Origin: an uncultured archaeon
GTDB taxonomy: Archaea; Micrarchaeota; Micrarchaeia; Micrarchaeales; CABMGC01
Direction: 5' to 3'
DNA: 64,000 nucleotides
Assembly: GCA_963787445.1 (NCBI GenBank)
Contig: CAWBCT010000013.1
Span: 43,096 to 107,095 of the forward strand
Made by a program: the position numbers and the translations under genes. The notes under the pieces were generated by a model, which was not told the DNA's origin, did no database searches, and saw only the letters and a list, made by a program, of their open reading frames with translations. Positions 28,358-38,375 of the stretch are shown piece after piece (position 1 is the first letter of the stretch; each line of letters begins with the position of its first letter).

Positions 28358-28377
28358 TTAGTTTAAACTTAAACTAA
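28358..28377. promoter_or_regulatory. Putative PadR operator
   Basis: Perfect inverted repeat TTAGTTTAA-AC-TTAAACTAA between the TATA box and padR start. Confidence 0.65.
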
Positions 28378-28506
28378 TTAGTTATTACACCATAATGAAT
28401 ATAAACATATTGCCGATTTGCAAGTCGCTTTGGAAAAGGCTCCGGCGGGTTCGGGATTCCATGCAAAAACCATTTAAATTACTTTATACGATATAAGTTC
28501 GATAGC

Positions 28507-31341
28507 TTGATCAATTATCAATCCGTAGAGGAGCGGTGGCAGAAGGCCTGGAGAGAGGCGAAGATCTTCGAGCCCGGCGTCAGCCCAAGGCCTTCCTACA
28601 TGGTCACTGCTGCATTTCCTTACACCAACGGTCCGCAGCATCTTGGTCACCTCAGAACCTACTGCACCGCCGACGTGCTGGCAAGGTACAAACGCATGAA
28701 GGGCTTCAATGTCCTCTTTCCAATGGGCTTCCACCTTACTGGAACGCCTCTACTTGCGCAGGCGAACAAGCTTAAGGAGAAGAATACCGAACTCATTGCC
28801 GACTTTAAGTCCTTCGGAATCTCCGACGAAGAGATAGAGAAGATGAAAGACCCCCTTTACATGGGCCTTTACTTTGCGAAGGAGATTCGGTCGGGAATGG
28901 AGAAAGCTGGCTACAGCATCGATTGGACAAGGAGCTTCACCTCGATAGACCCGCAGTTCAGCAAGATGATCGAGTGGCAATTCGGAGTGCTTAACAGGCT
29001 GGGATACCTGGTCCAGGGCAGGCATCCGGTAGGCTGGTGCCCCAGGGAGAACAACGCGGTTGGGATGCACGACACCAAAGGGGACGTGGAACCTGAGATA
29101 GAAAAGGAGATAGCCGTTGCGTTCAAGGTTGATGGCCAAGATTACTCAATCCTTTGCACGACCTTCAGACCAGAGACCCTCGAAGGAGTCACAAACCTGT
29201 TCGTAAACGAAAACGAGGCCTATGTGAAGTGCAAGATGGGCGGCTCGCAGACTTTATACTGCATATCAAAAGCAAGTGTGGACCAGGTGGGTTACCAGCT
29301 CGGGCTTCAGGTGGTCGGGGAGATTTCCGGCAAGGAGCTGAGTGGAAAGAGCTGCAGAAACCCATTCAACGGCGTCGCCCTCCCGATTTTTCCAGGGTAC
29401 TTCGTGAAGCCGGACGTTGGAACCGGGGCAGTTATGAGCGTTCCAGCTCATGCACCGTTTGACTACGTGGCCCTCATGAAGCTCAAGAAGTCCGGCTATA
29501 ATGTTGGCGAAATCAAGCCGATAATTGTTCTGGAGATTCCCGGTAAGCAAAAGACAAGCAGCGCGCCTGCCTCATTGGACATTCCTGCCCTGGCGTATCT
29601 TGAGGCAGTGAAGGCCGACATAAATGCTGAAGACAAGCTCATAGAGTCTGCAACAAAGCTGCAGTACAAGGAGGAGTCGCACAAGGGCAAGATGCTTACC
29701 AAAGGCTTTGAGGGAATGAGCGAGCCCGAAGCCAGAGAGAAGATGAGCAAGCAGCTGATCGACAGCAAGGACGCAATCGAGCTGTACGTCCTTGTGAACG
29801 AGGAACCAGTCCTGTGCAGGTGCATGACGCGAATAGTGGTAAAAGTCGTTGACAATCAGTGGTTCATCAATTATGGGGACAAGGAGTGGAAGGAGATTGC
29901 AAGAAAGGCTCTTGCCAACGTCCGGATAATACCGGAAAAGAGCAAACCGGCCTTCTCATCGGCGCTCGAGTGGATAAACCTTAGGGCGGTAGCCAGGGCC
30001 CAGGGGCTCGGAACTCATTTCCCGCTGGATAAAAATTATCTTATAGAGTCTCTTTCCGACTCAACCATGTACATGACCTTGTATACCATACAGAATCTCC
30101 TAAAGGGTGTTGAACCCGAGAGACTCACCCCTGAATTCTTTGAGTATGTGTATCTTGGTAAGGGCGACCTTCAGGAGATCTCAGGCAGGACCGGAGTGGA
30201 TTCCGAGCTGCTGAAGCGTTGCAGGGAGGCCTTTTCCTACTGGTACGCCGACACCTCCCGCCACTCAAGCCTCGAGCTGATCTTCAACCACTACACCATG
30301 TACATTTTCAACCACGCCGCAATCTTCCCGAAGGAGAACTGGCCGAAGCAGATAGTTGCAAACGGCGTTGTGATGATGGAAGGGGAGAAGATGAGCAAGA
30401 GCCTAGGGAACATTATCATGCTCTCCGATGGAATAAAGAGGTTCGGCGCCGATCCGCTCCGCTTCGTGATAGTTGCAAGCACCGACCTGTTCAACGATTC
30501 GAATTTTGCCGAGGACTCGGTTCGCGGGACCCAGGAACGGTTCGAGTACCTTTACAAGGTCTGCTCCGACCTGGATGGCATGGAGGCCGGGGAGCTCTCC
30601 CAAATCGACTACTGGCTGTACTCGAAGATCAACAGGAAGATCAGCTACGTAACGGAGGCGATGGAAAAGCTCGAGCTCAGAGACATCTCAACTGAGCTGC
30701 TTTACAACACCGTGCTCGAGCTGAAGCACTACTTCCTGCGCGGAGGGAAGAACAGCCTTGCCGTGAGGGAGTACATCTCGCAGCTGATACTCATGCTTCA
30801 GCCAGTTGTACCGCACCTCGCTGAGGAGCTATGGCACCTCATCGGAAATTCCAGCTTTGTATCCATCGAAAGGTGGCCCGAGGCGGACCCATCCATGCTG
30901 AGCGACCAGGTGGAGAGCCAAGAGGAGTTCGTCGAGAACGCGCTGAACGACTCCAAGCAGATAGCGGCGCTGATGGGGAAGAAGTCGGAGAAGAGGGCGA
31001 GGGAGATAACACTCATAGTGGCGAGCCAGTGGAAGCACGACCTGCTGGAGAGCCTCTCAAAGAGCAGGAGCATGGAGAAGGCGCTTGCCACGATCGCGGA
31101 CAAGAAGGAGCCGGGTAAGGAGGCCGCCGCAAAGTATCTCGGCGGGTACATGAAGCGGGTAAATGAGCTGAAGGTGCCGGGCCTCTCATCCGACGAAGAG
31201 CTCAGCGCGCTGAAGGGCGCCATTCCTTATCTTTCGCAGATGCTGGGCTGCAATGTAAAAGTTGAACCAGAAAATGAGTCAAAGTCAGAGCGTGCAACCC
31301 GTGCGTCGCCGTCGAAACCCAGCATAGACCTAGTTTATTGA
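28507..31341 (+). CDS. leuS: Leucine-tRNA ligase, archaeal type
   Basis: AFPYTNG..HLGH, TFRPET, GTGAVMSVPAHAPFD, IESLSDST, KMSKS. Confidence 0.96.
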   Translation: MINYQSVEERWQKAWREAKIFEPGVSPRPSYMVTAAFPYTNGPQHLGHLRTYCTADVLARYKRMKGFNVLFPMGFHLTGTPLLAQANKLKEKNTELIADFKSFGISDEEIEKMKDPLYMGLYFAKEIRSGMEKAGYSIDWTRSFTSIDPQFSKMIEWQFGVLNRLGYLVQGRHPVGWCPRENNAVGMHDTKGDVEPEIEKEIAVAFKVDGQDYSILCTTFRPETLEGVTNLFVNENEAYVKCKMGGSQTLYCISKASVDQVGYQLGLQVVGEISGKELSGKSCRNPFNGVALPIFPGYFVKPDVGTGAVMSVPAHAPFDYVALMKLKKSGYNVGEIKPIIVLEIPGKQKTSSAPASLDIPALAYLEAVKADINAEDKLIESATKLQYKEESHKGKMLTKGFEGMSEPEAREKMSKQLIDSKDAIELYVLVNEEPVLCRCMTRIVVKVVDNQWFINYGDKEWKEIARKALANVRIIPEKSKPAFSSALEWINLRAVARAQGLGTHFPLDKNYLIESLSDSTMYMTLYTIQNLLKGVEPERLTPEFFEYVYLGKGDLQEISGRTGVDSELLKRCREAFSYWYADTSRHSSLELIFNHYTMYIFNHAAIFPKENWPKQIVANGVVMMEGEKMSKSLGNIIMLSDGIKRFGADPLRFVIVASTDLFNDSNFAEDSVRGTQERFEYLYKVCSDLDGMEAGELSQIDYWLYSKINRKISYVTEAMEKLELRDISTELLYNTVLELKHYFLRGGKNSLAVREYISQLILMLQPVVPHLAEELWHLIGNSSFVSIERWPEADPSMLSDQVESQEEFVENALNDSKQIAALMGKKSEKRAREITLIVASQWKHDLLESLSKSRSMEKALATIADKKEPGKEAAAKYLGGYMKRVNELKVPGLSSDEELSALKGAIPYLSQMLGCNVKVEPENESKSERATRASPSKPSIDLVY

Positions 31342-31357
31342 CAAGTCCCGAGATTGC

Positions 31358-31780
31358 TCATTTGCCCATGAACTTCTCGCCGAACTTTAAGAATGCCTTG
31401 CAGTCCTTTATAGCCTGCGTTGATTCCAGCTCGGAGGAAAGTTCGCCGCTGTACTGGATAGCGTGCCTTGAGATCCTGTAGGAGTTCAAAATATTCACGA
31501 ACCCAAGAATCTCTTTGTTTGACTTGTACAGTTGCTCAAGCGCACTTACCATTGCAAAATGGCCGCGCTCTTTGTAGCCCGCCTTGAAAAGTAACGCCCT
31601 CGCGACATGGAACATGCTGTTGTAGGCCAGCAAGAATGCGGTGTCATAAAAGTTCATCTCCATGTTGCCTTCCGCCCTTTCCAAAAAGTGTTTAGCCATG
31701 CTGATGGAACCACTCATCTCTTCGGGCTTCACACCTTCTCTTCTAATAAACCCTTTCTCCAAAAGCTCTTCAATTTTCAT
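31358..31780 (-). CDS. HEPN-domain protein
   Basis: AYNSMFHVARALL, H.., R..RHAIQY; coupled to the MNT gene. Confidence 0.85.
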   Translation of the reverse strand: MKIEELLEKGFIRREGVKPEEMSGSISMAKHFLERAEGNMEMNFYDTAFLLAYNSMFHVARALLFKAGYKERGHFAMVSALEQLYKSNKEILGFVNILNSYRISRHAIQYSGELSSELESTQAIKDCKAFLKFGEKFMGK

Positions 31781-32325
31781 ATCTTCGCCCCACCAAGCAG
31801 CACATGATCCTTAATCACCGAATAATAAAATAAGTCTTTCTTTGACTCCAGTTTCCTCCATTCCGCAAAATTCATGATTTCTACCTTGACTTCTTTGTTT
31901 ACTTCCCCTTCAATTTCCCTTATTTTCTTCAAATCTAAGGTTTTTACACTGCTTATCGCTAGCAGATCAACATCACTACCTTTGTCATACTCGCCGGTTG
32001 CATGACTTCCATACAACAAGAGTGTGGAGATGTGCGGGTTGGCCTTTAGAAAACCGTCCATGCGCTCTGACACCAGGGCCAGGAAATACAGTTTTTTGAG
32101 TTCGAGCGTCTGATAGTTAGTTACCAATGAATACAATTTGAGATTCCCAAGCCTTTCGCTTTTCAGGAAACCATTGCGCTCATAAAATTCCAAATATGTT
32201 TGAGCTGTTCTGGGGCTAACACGAAGCGCTCTTGTTAGGCCCTTTACGTGCACTTTTCCGTCTTCTCTGAGGAAGAACTCCAGAACTGCCCAGCCCTTAA
32301 AACGCCGCCAATCAGTAAATATCAT
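31777..32325 (-). CDS. wHTH-minimal nucleotidyltransferase (MNT antitoxin)
   Basis: LYGSHATGEYDKGSDVDLL with an N-terminal HTH. Confidence 0.88.
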   Translation of the reverse strand: MIFTDWRRFKGWAVLEFFLREDGKVHVKGLTRALRVSPRTAQTYLEFYERNGFLKSERLGNLKLYSLVTNYQTLELKKLYFLALVSERMDGFLKANPHISTLLLYGSHATGEYDKGSDVDLLAISSVKTLDLKKIREIEGEVNKEVKVEIMNFAEWRKLESKKDLFYYSVIKDHVLLGGAKI

Positions 32326-32332
32326 AATAAGA

Positions 32333-32366
32333 AATACGATAGTATGATATATAATACTTTCGTATT
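32333..32366. promoter_or_regulatory. Putative MNT-HEPN operator
   Basis: AATACGATAGTAT-N8-ATACTTTCGTATT, 13-bp inverted repeat with one mismatch. Confidence 0.55.
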
Positions 32367-32455
32367 ATTGATTAATATAATCCCTAGCCTCTGGCTTGTT
32401 AAAATCCGCTGGAAGCTTAATATAGTTTCTTTTTCTATCCGTAATCGGTGCGCAG

Positions 32456-33526
32456 ATGCTCAAAAAGGCGTTCGAGTCCAGCGTAAATTATCTTCAGGTA
32501 ATGGACGAGACCGGAGCCATCGACCAGACTCTTTTTCCAAAGGACGTAAACGACGCAAAGATCCTTGAGATGTACAAGAACATGCTCTTCGCGCGCAGTG
32601 TCGATGCGAAAACGCTGAGCCTTCAGCGCCAGGGCCGCGCCGTAACCTACGCCCCGCTCCTGGGAGAGGAGGCAACGCAGATTGGAAGCGCGATGGCGAT
32701 GCGGAAGGATGACATCTTCGTCCCCTCGTTCAGGCAGCATGGCGTATTTCTTACAAGGGGCGCGTCACTAGAGCTTCTTTATGTAGGCTGGAGAGGGTTC
32801 GAGGATGGCAACGTGATACCCAAGGAGATGAACGCCTATCCTGTCGCAGTCCCTGTTTCGACGCAGATCCCACACGCCGTGGGAATTGCGTTCGCCCAGA
32901 AATATCTCAAAACCGGCAAGGCGGTGGTTGCATACGTCGGAGACGGGGGAACGTCGGAGGGCGACTTCTACGAGGGAATGAACTTCGCGGGCGTCTGGAA
33001 AGTCCCGCTTGTGATAATTATAGAAAACAACCAGTGGGCAATCTCAATTCCGCGCGCAAACCAGACCGCAGCCCCGACGCTTGCACAAAAAGCGATAGCT
33101 GCTGGAATAGATTGCATTCAAGTGGACGGGAATGACGTTCTTGCAGTCTACAAGGCAACCCAGGACGCGATAAACAACTCTTCCAGGGGCCCGACAGTGA
33201 TTGAGTGCCTCACCTACAGAATGGGAATGCACACAACTGCGGATGACCCGTCAAAGTACCGGTCTGACGCCGAAGCAGAGTTGTGGAAGCCCAAGGATCC
33301 CCTCCTCAGAGTCAAAACCTACCTTATGCAGAAAAGAGTCATAGATGCCAACTTCGATGTGCAGACAACGGAGCAGCAGAACGCGCTGATAGACAAGGCT
33401 GTGGAGAGCGCCGAACAGTTCAAGCCCGACCCGGCCACGATGTTCAAGCACATTTACAGCTTTATGCCGCAGCTCCTCCAGGAGGAGCTTGACGAGGCAA
33501 CAGCCGCAAAGTTCTGGCAGGAGTAG
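32456..33526 (+). CDS. pdhA: 2-oxoacid (pyruvate) dehydrogenase E1 alpha
   Basis: LQRQGR, GDGGTSEGDFYEG.N, ENNQWAIS, YRMGMHTTADDP. Confidence 0.93.
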   Translation: MLKKAFESSVNYLQVMDETGAIDQTLFPKDVNDAKILEMYKNMLFARSVDAKTLSLQRQGRAVTYAPLLGEEATQIGSAMAMRKDDIFVPSFRQHGVFLTRGASLELLYVGWRGFEDGNVIPKEMNAYPVAVPVSTQIPHAVGIAFAQKYLKTGKAVVAYVGDGGTSEGDFYEGMNFAGVWKVPLVIIIENNQWAISIPRANQTAAPTLAQKAIAAGIDCIQVDGNDVLAVYKATQDAINNSSRGPTVIECLTYRMGMHTTADDPSKYRSDAEAELWKPKDPLLRVKTYLMQKRVIDANFDVQTTEQQNALIDKAVESAEQFKPDPATMFKHIYSFMPQLLQEELDEATAAKFWQE

Positions 33527-33534
33527 ATGATATT

Positions 33535-34500
33535 ATGCAGATGAACATGGTTTCCGCTTTGAACAACGCCCTCTCGCTAGCGATGCAGGAAAACGAGAAG
33601 ATCGTCATTTTGGGTGAGGATGTTGGGAAAGACGGCGGAGTTTTCAGGGTAACCGACGGTCTTATTGACAAGTTCGGAGCCGGTCGGGTGATTGACACGC
33701 CCCTCGCAGAATCCGGGATAGCCGGCACTTCAATAGGAATGGCTCTCGCAGGTATGCATCCAATCGCAGAGATGCAGTTCGCCGGCTTCGCCTTCCTCGG
33801 TCTTGCCCAGATTCTTAATCATGCCGCAAGATACAGGGGCAGGACGCGCTCGGTGATGACGGTTCCCATGATGGTAAGGATGCCCGTAAGCGGAGGGGTA
33901 AGAACGCTGGAGCACCACTCGGAAAGTCCTGAGACCTACTTCTCGCATGTCGGCGGTCTTATTGTCCTAGAGCCATCAAATCCGTACGACGCAAAAGGCC
34001 TGATGATAAAGGCGGCGAGGATGAACGACCCAGTAATCTTCCTTGAACCGACAAAGCTCTACAGACTTATCAAGCAGGATGTTCCAGAGGATGTTTATGA
34101 AGTCCCAATAGGAAAGGCTAATGTCGTTAGGGCAGGAAGCGACCTCTCGATAATAACCTACGGCACGATGGTCCCGCTGGTCAAGGAGATAGTTGAAAAG
34201 AAGAAGCTCGATGCGGAAATAATAGACCTGAGAACGATAAATCCTCTCGATGAAACCACAATAATAGCCAGCGCCATGAAGACCGGAAGGGTGGCGATAG
34301 TGCACGAAGCGCCGGAGAGCTTCGGAGTCGGGGCGGAAATCGCCGCAAGGATAGCAGACAAAGCGATCTTCGAGCTTCAGGCCCCGATCATAAGGGTCGC
34401 GGCCCCGAGCCTGCCCTATCCGTACCCCGGATACGAGAATTATTATGTTCCAAACGAGCTGAAGATCTCGCAGGCGTTGGATAGACTGATGAGCCCGTGA
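33535..34500 (+). CDS. pdhB: 2-oxoacid (pyruvate) dehydrogenase E1 beta
   Basis: GEDVGKDGGVFRVT, DTPLAESGI, EHHSES, IDLRTINPLD. Confidence 0.93.
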   Translation: MQMNMVSALNNALSLAMQENEKIVILGEDVGKDGGVFRVTDGLIDKFGAGRVIDTPLAESGIAGTSIGMALAGMHPIAEMQFAGFAFLGLAQILNHAARYRGRTRSVMTVPMMVRMPVSGGVRTLEHHSESPETYFSHVGGLIVLEPSNPYDAKGLMIKAARMNDPVIFLEPTKLYRLIKQDVPEDVYEVPIGKANVVRAGSDLSIITYGTMVPLVKEIVEKKKLDAEIIDLRTINPLDETTIIASAMKTGRVAIVHEAPESFGVGAEIAARIADKAIFELQAPIIRVAAPSLPYPYPGYENYYVPNELKISQALDRLMSP

Positions 34501-34504
34501 TTGC

Positions 34505-35734
34505 TTGAAAGAGATAAGATTTGTTGATGTTGGGGAGGGGATAACCGAGGGTCACATTCGGGCCTGGCTGGTCAAGAACCTGGATACGGTGAAGGAGGAC
34601 CAGCCGGTGGTGCAGGTAGAGACGGACAAAGCCATAGTTAACGTTCCCGCGCCAATCTCGGGAATCATAAAAATTGCAGCCCAGACCGGAACCACTGTCA
34701 AGGTGGGCGACCTGGTCGCCTCGGTCGGAGAGGCTTCAGAATTTTCTTCCACGCAGCAGGTAACACCTTCAGCACAAGCATCGACTGGTGCAGCACCAAT
34801 CCTACAACCTCAGAAATCAGTTCCGCAGGTTGAAAAACCCATGGCAACAAACGAGATACTCGCCCCGCCATCGGTGAGGAAGCTCGCCAGGGAGCTCGGC
34901 ATAGACATAAACCGGGTTACGGGCACGGGCCCGAGCGGAAGAATAACCGAGAATGATGTAAGGAACTTCATAAGTAAAACGCAGAAGCGGGCGATCCCGA
35001 AGTTTTCCGGAACGCTGGAGGAGCAGCACAAGGAGGAGCTTACACGCATACCAATGTCGCAGACAAGAAAAGCGATTGCGCGGAACATGGAGCTCTCCTG
35101 GACGATACCGCGTGCGGTCCATATGGACCTGATCAATGCAAGCAGTCTCTTCGCACTTGAGCAGAGGGAGAAGCCGCGGCTGGCCGAGCTGGGGATAAAG
35201 CTCACCTTCCTCCCGTTCATAATCAAGGCCACGGTTGAGGCACTGAAGGAGCATCCGTACTTCAACTCCAGCTACGACCACGAGACCTCGGAGGTGATAC
35301 TCAAGAGGTACTACAACTTGGGCATAGCCGCGGAAGCGCCCGATGGCCTCAAGGTCATCGTGATAAAGCAGGCGGACACGAAGAGCATAGCGCAGATAGC
35401 CAAAGAGCTGCAGGTCCTGGCCGAAAAGATAAAGAACCAGACGATAACGGTGGAGGAGATGTCCGACTCCACCTTCACCATAACGAACATCGGGAGCCTG
35501 GGCGGCGGATTCCTCTCGGTGCCGATGATAAATTATCCGGAGGTCGCGATACTCGGGATACAGGCGATCAAGGACATGCCCGTCGTCGTTGACGGCAAGA
35601 TCGCCATCGCCAAGATGCTTCCCTTCTCGCTCGCCTTTGACCACCGGGTGGTTGACGGCGCTGACGCTGTCAAGTTCGGAAGCACGCTGATAAAGTACAT
35701 CGAGGACCCTGACTTCCTCGAGATACTGGGTTGA
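34505..35734 (+). CDS. pdhC: Dihydrolipoamide acyltransferase E2
   Basis: Lipoyl motif VETDKA, E3-binding PSVRKLARELGID..GTGPSGRI, DHRVVDG. Confidence 0.93.
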   Translation: MKEIRFVDVGEGITEGHIRAWLVKNLDTVKEDQPVVQVETDKAIVNVPAPISGIIKIAAQTGTTVKVGDLVASVGEASEFSSTQQVTPSAQASTGAAPILQPQKSVPQVEKPMATNEILAPPSVRKLARELGIDINRVTGTGPSGRITENDVRNFISKTQKRAIPKFSGTLEEQHKEELTRIPMSQTRKAIARNMELSWTIPRAVHMDLINASSLFALEQREKPRLAELGIKLTFLPFIIKATVEALKEHPYFNSSYDHETSEVILKRYYNLGIAAEAPDGLKVIVIKQADTKSIAQIAKELQVLAEKIKNQTITVEEMSDSTFTITNIGSLGGGFLSVPMINYPEVAILGIQAIKDMPVVVDGKIAIAKMLPFSLAFDHRVVDGADAVKFGSTLIKYIEDPDFLEILG

Positions 35735-35738
35735 TGGC

Positions 35739-37118
35739 TTGGTAATGGGCTCGCTTCCTGAAAAGGTTGACCTTGTTGTGATAGGCGGCGGAGTCGGCGG
35801 GTACACCGCGGCGATACGTGCAGCAGAGCTGGGAATGAGCGTTGCACTTGTGGAAAAAGAGAAGATGGGCGGGGCCTGCTTGAACTATGCCTGCATCCCG
35901 TCCAAGACCATGATCAACATCGCCAAGATGTACTACGACACGAAGAACGCGGGACAGTTCGGGATAAGCGGCCAACTGCAATTGGACGCGAACAAGATTT
36001 TTGAGTGGCGTGTTGGCGTATCTAACAAGCTTCAGGAAGGCGTAATCTTTCTGTGCAAGTCAAACGGCGTCGAGCTGGTTAAGGGCGCGGCCACATTCAC
36101 ATCCTCAAATAAGATCCTAATAACAAACGGCACAGAGATAGAGTTCACAAAGGCAATAATAGCGACCGGCTCTCAGCCCACTCCGCAGGACACCGTCCCT
36201 TTCGGCGAAGGCGTTCTTGACTACAAGCAGGTGCTTCTTCTTGATTATATTCCTAAGAGCATGACGATTCTCGGAGCAGGCTATGTTTCTGTTGAAGTTG
36301 CGATGCTCTTCGCGAAGTTCGGCACAAAGGTAAATATCATAGCCAGGTCAGACCTGCTCTCGCGGTTCGACAGAGAGGCCGTGGATGTTGTGAAAAAGAA
36401 GATGCAGGAGCTCGGGATAAAAATATACGCCGGTGCGACAGTCACCTCCAAGGAAGGCAAGCAGCTGAAGCTCAGCACAGGCGAGACGCTTGATCAGGAG
36501 ATAATCGTTGTTGCGGTTGGACTGAAGCCCAACACAATGGGCCTTGGGCTTAGGAACACCAGAGTTACGCTGGATGATAAAGGTTTCGTAAAAGTTGACT
36601 CCTCTCTCCGAACCACCGATTCAAACATACTCGCGATAGGCGACGTGGTCGGGGAGCCCATGCTTGCCCACAAGGCGATGAGGCAGGGTCCGATAGCCGC
36701 AGAGGTTGCGTACGGGATGAACTCTGGGTTCGACAATGTAGTCATACCCGCAGTAATCTTCTCAGACCCGGAGATAGCGATTGCCGGAATCCTGGAGGGC
36801 GATGGCATCCTCACTAAAAAGTATCCCATGTCCGCAGTCGGTAGGGCGATAGCGGTTGGCAAGACCGAGGGTTTTGTCAAGTTTGCATATACAAAAGATG
36901 GAATAGTGAAGGGAGTGGAGATAGTCGGGGAGGATGCGAGCTCTCTCATCAGCGAGGCGACGCTTGCGATCGAGATGGGCGCCACCCTGGAAGACATCGC
37001 AAGCACGATTCATCCGCATCCGACTTTCAGCGAGGCAATCCAGGAGGCTGCCGAGGCTGCGCTTGACAAACCGATAAACTTTTTCTACGGGAAGAAACCC
37101 GCTCAAGGCACTGTGTAG
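35739..37118 (+). CDS. lpdA: Dihydrolipoamide dehydrogenase E3
   Basis: GGGVGG, GGACLNYACIPSK, HPHPTFSE. Confidence 0.92.
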   Translation: MVMGSLPEKVDLVVIGGGVGGYTAAIRAAELGMSVALVEKEKMGGACLNYACIPSKTMINIAKMYYDTKNAGQFGISGQLQLDANKIFEWRVGVSNKLQEGVIFLCKSNGVELVKGAATFTSSNKILITNGTEIEFTKAIIATGSQPTPQDTVPFGEGVLDYKQVLLLDYIPKSMTILGAGYVSVEVAMLFAKFGTKVNIIARSDLLSRFDREAVDVVKKKMQELGIKIYAGATVTSKEGKQLKLSTGETLDQEIIVVAVGLKPNTMGLGLRNTRVTLDDKGFVKVDSSLRTTDSNILAIGDVVGEPMLAHKAMRQGPIAAEVAYGMNSGFDNVVIPAVIFSDPEIAIAGILEGDGILTKKYPMSAVGRAIAVGKTEGFVKFAYTKDGIVKGVEIVGEDASSLISEATLAIEMGATLEDIASTIHPHPTFSEAIQEAAEAALDKPINFFYGKKPAQGTV

Positions 37119-38041
37119 CCATTCGCCCACGCATTCGTGAAGATTATATTCGCGGGTACGCCATTGTTGCCGTTTCCGGAGTAATCGTTCACATCTCCGT
37201 TAAGTGGCCACCATGCCGTCAAATACTTGGGCTCCACCGGAGCGCCGCCTATGCCCTCCTGATATAGGAGCTGGACTGTGTTCGCGTCGAGCAAGGTGTT
37301 GTAGATTTGGACGTTGGAAATAAAGCCGTTGAAACTGTTCGCGCCGGGGTTATGCAAATCAGTTCCCAAATAGGATGTTGTGGTCACAATATTAGAGGGC
37401 ACCGGTCCCGTAACAACAACACTAAGTCCATTCAGATAAAAAGTATATTGCGTATTTCCGTTCCAGGTGTATCCAACAAACTGCCAGGTGTTCGGAGTCA
37501 TTCCAAAAGCAGTAGTAGGACCTTCTCCATCTTCGTCTATGGCCATGCTTGTTGCGCTTACTCGCAGAGCGAGATAACTTCCTAGGAAACCGGTGGTGCT
37601 TCCGTAACTTTCTACGCCACCAAACCCGGAGATGGGATCTGGACCATTATAGTAAACCCATGCAAAAACCGATACAGGATTATTGCCTGTCGGGAAGCCC
37701 GCTGTTCCGGTGCCAACCCAGCTGCTCTGCCCGTTGAACTGCGCGACGTATTCGGGGAGTTCCCCGTTACACACCCCTTGGAGATTGAGGTTTGCTGTGC
37801 TTCCAACACCTCCTGGCCTGAACACCCTGCAACTGTTTGGCTGCGCCCTGGGCGAGAGGTTGCCACCACCAAAGACTCCCAGTTCAAACAACGCCGCAAG
37901 GACTATCGCGATGATGAGTATGGACCATCCGTAGGTCATCAGGTACTCCATCGCGGACTGGAGCCGCCTGGTCCTACGGCCGTCACCGTCTCCAAGCTTT
38001 GCCTTGACTCTTCCTACGACGAGCATGAGTAGTATCCACAC
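37103..38041 (-). CDS. Class III signal peptide + LamG/ConA-like domain surface protein
   Basis: RL|QSAMEYLMTYGW, WQFVGYTW, FNGFISNVQIYN, WWPLNG...DYSGNGNNG. Confidence 0.85.
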   Translation of the reverse strand: MWILLMLVVGRVKAKLGDGDGRRTRRLQSAMEYLMTYGWSILIIAIVLAALFELGVFGGGNLSPRAQPNSCRVFRPGGVGSTANLNLQGVCNGELPEYVAQFNGQSSWVGTGTAGFPTGNNPVSVFAWVYYNGPDPISGFGGVESYGSTTGFLGSYLALRVSATSMAIDEDGEGPTTAFGMTPNTWQFVGYTWNGNTQYTFYLNGLSVVVTGPVPSNIVTTTSYLGTDLHNPGANSFNGFISNVQIYNTLLDANTVQLLYQEGIGGAPVEPKYLTAWWPLNGDVNDYSGNGNNGVPANIIFTNAWANGYTVP

Positions 38042-38093
38042 CTAACGCTTATAAAGATTGCGTGGTCATATATCATCATCTACTGGTGCAATT

Positions 38094-38366
38094 ATGGCAA
38101 AAATGAGCAAGGAGGAGTTGCAGCACGAAATCCGCATGAAGCGCTACCTGCATTACAGGGAGAAGCACAGCGGCTGGCACATCTTCAACGCGGTGTACTG
38201 GGGCATCTACATCCTGATAGTGGGGCTGATCCTCATATTCGAGAGCTCGTTGCATTACACGACCACCATCTCGGCAGGCGTCTCGCTGGTCATCCTTGCA
38301 GTAATGCTGGTGGTCTACGGCTTCGCCTCCGCGCTTCACCTGAAGTTCATGAAGAAGTACGGCTAA
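38094..38366 (+). CDS. Small two-TM membrane protein
   Basis: Two hydrophobic helices; precedes secF. Confidence 0.6.
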   Translation: MAKMSKEELQHEIRMKRYLHYREKHSGWHIFNAVYWGIYILIVGLILIFESSLHYTTTISAGVSLVILAVMLVVYGFASALHLKFMKKYG

Positions 38367-38375
38367 GCCTCCGCA

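Noticed and set aside
34817-35806. 329-aa minus-strand ORF
   Set aside because: Antisense shadow of pdhC
37103-38041. LamG protein as a diversity-generating retroelement target
   Set aside because: No reverse transcriptase or template/variable repeat pair seen
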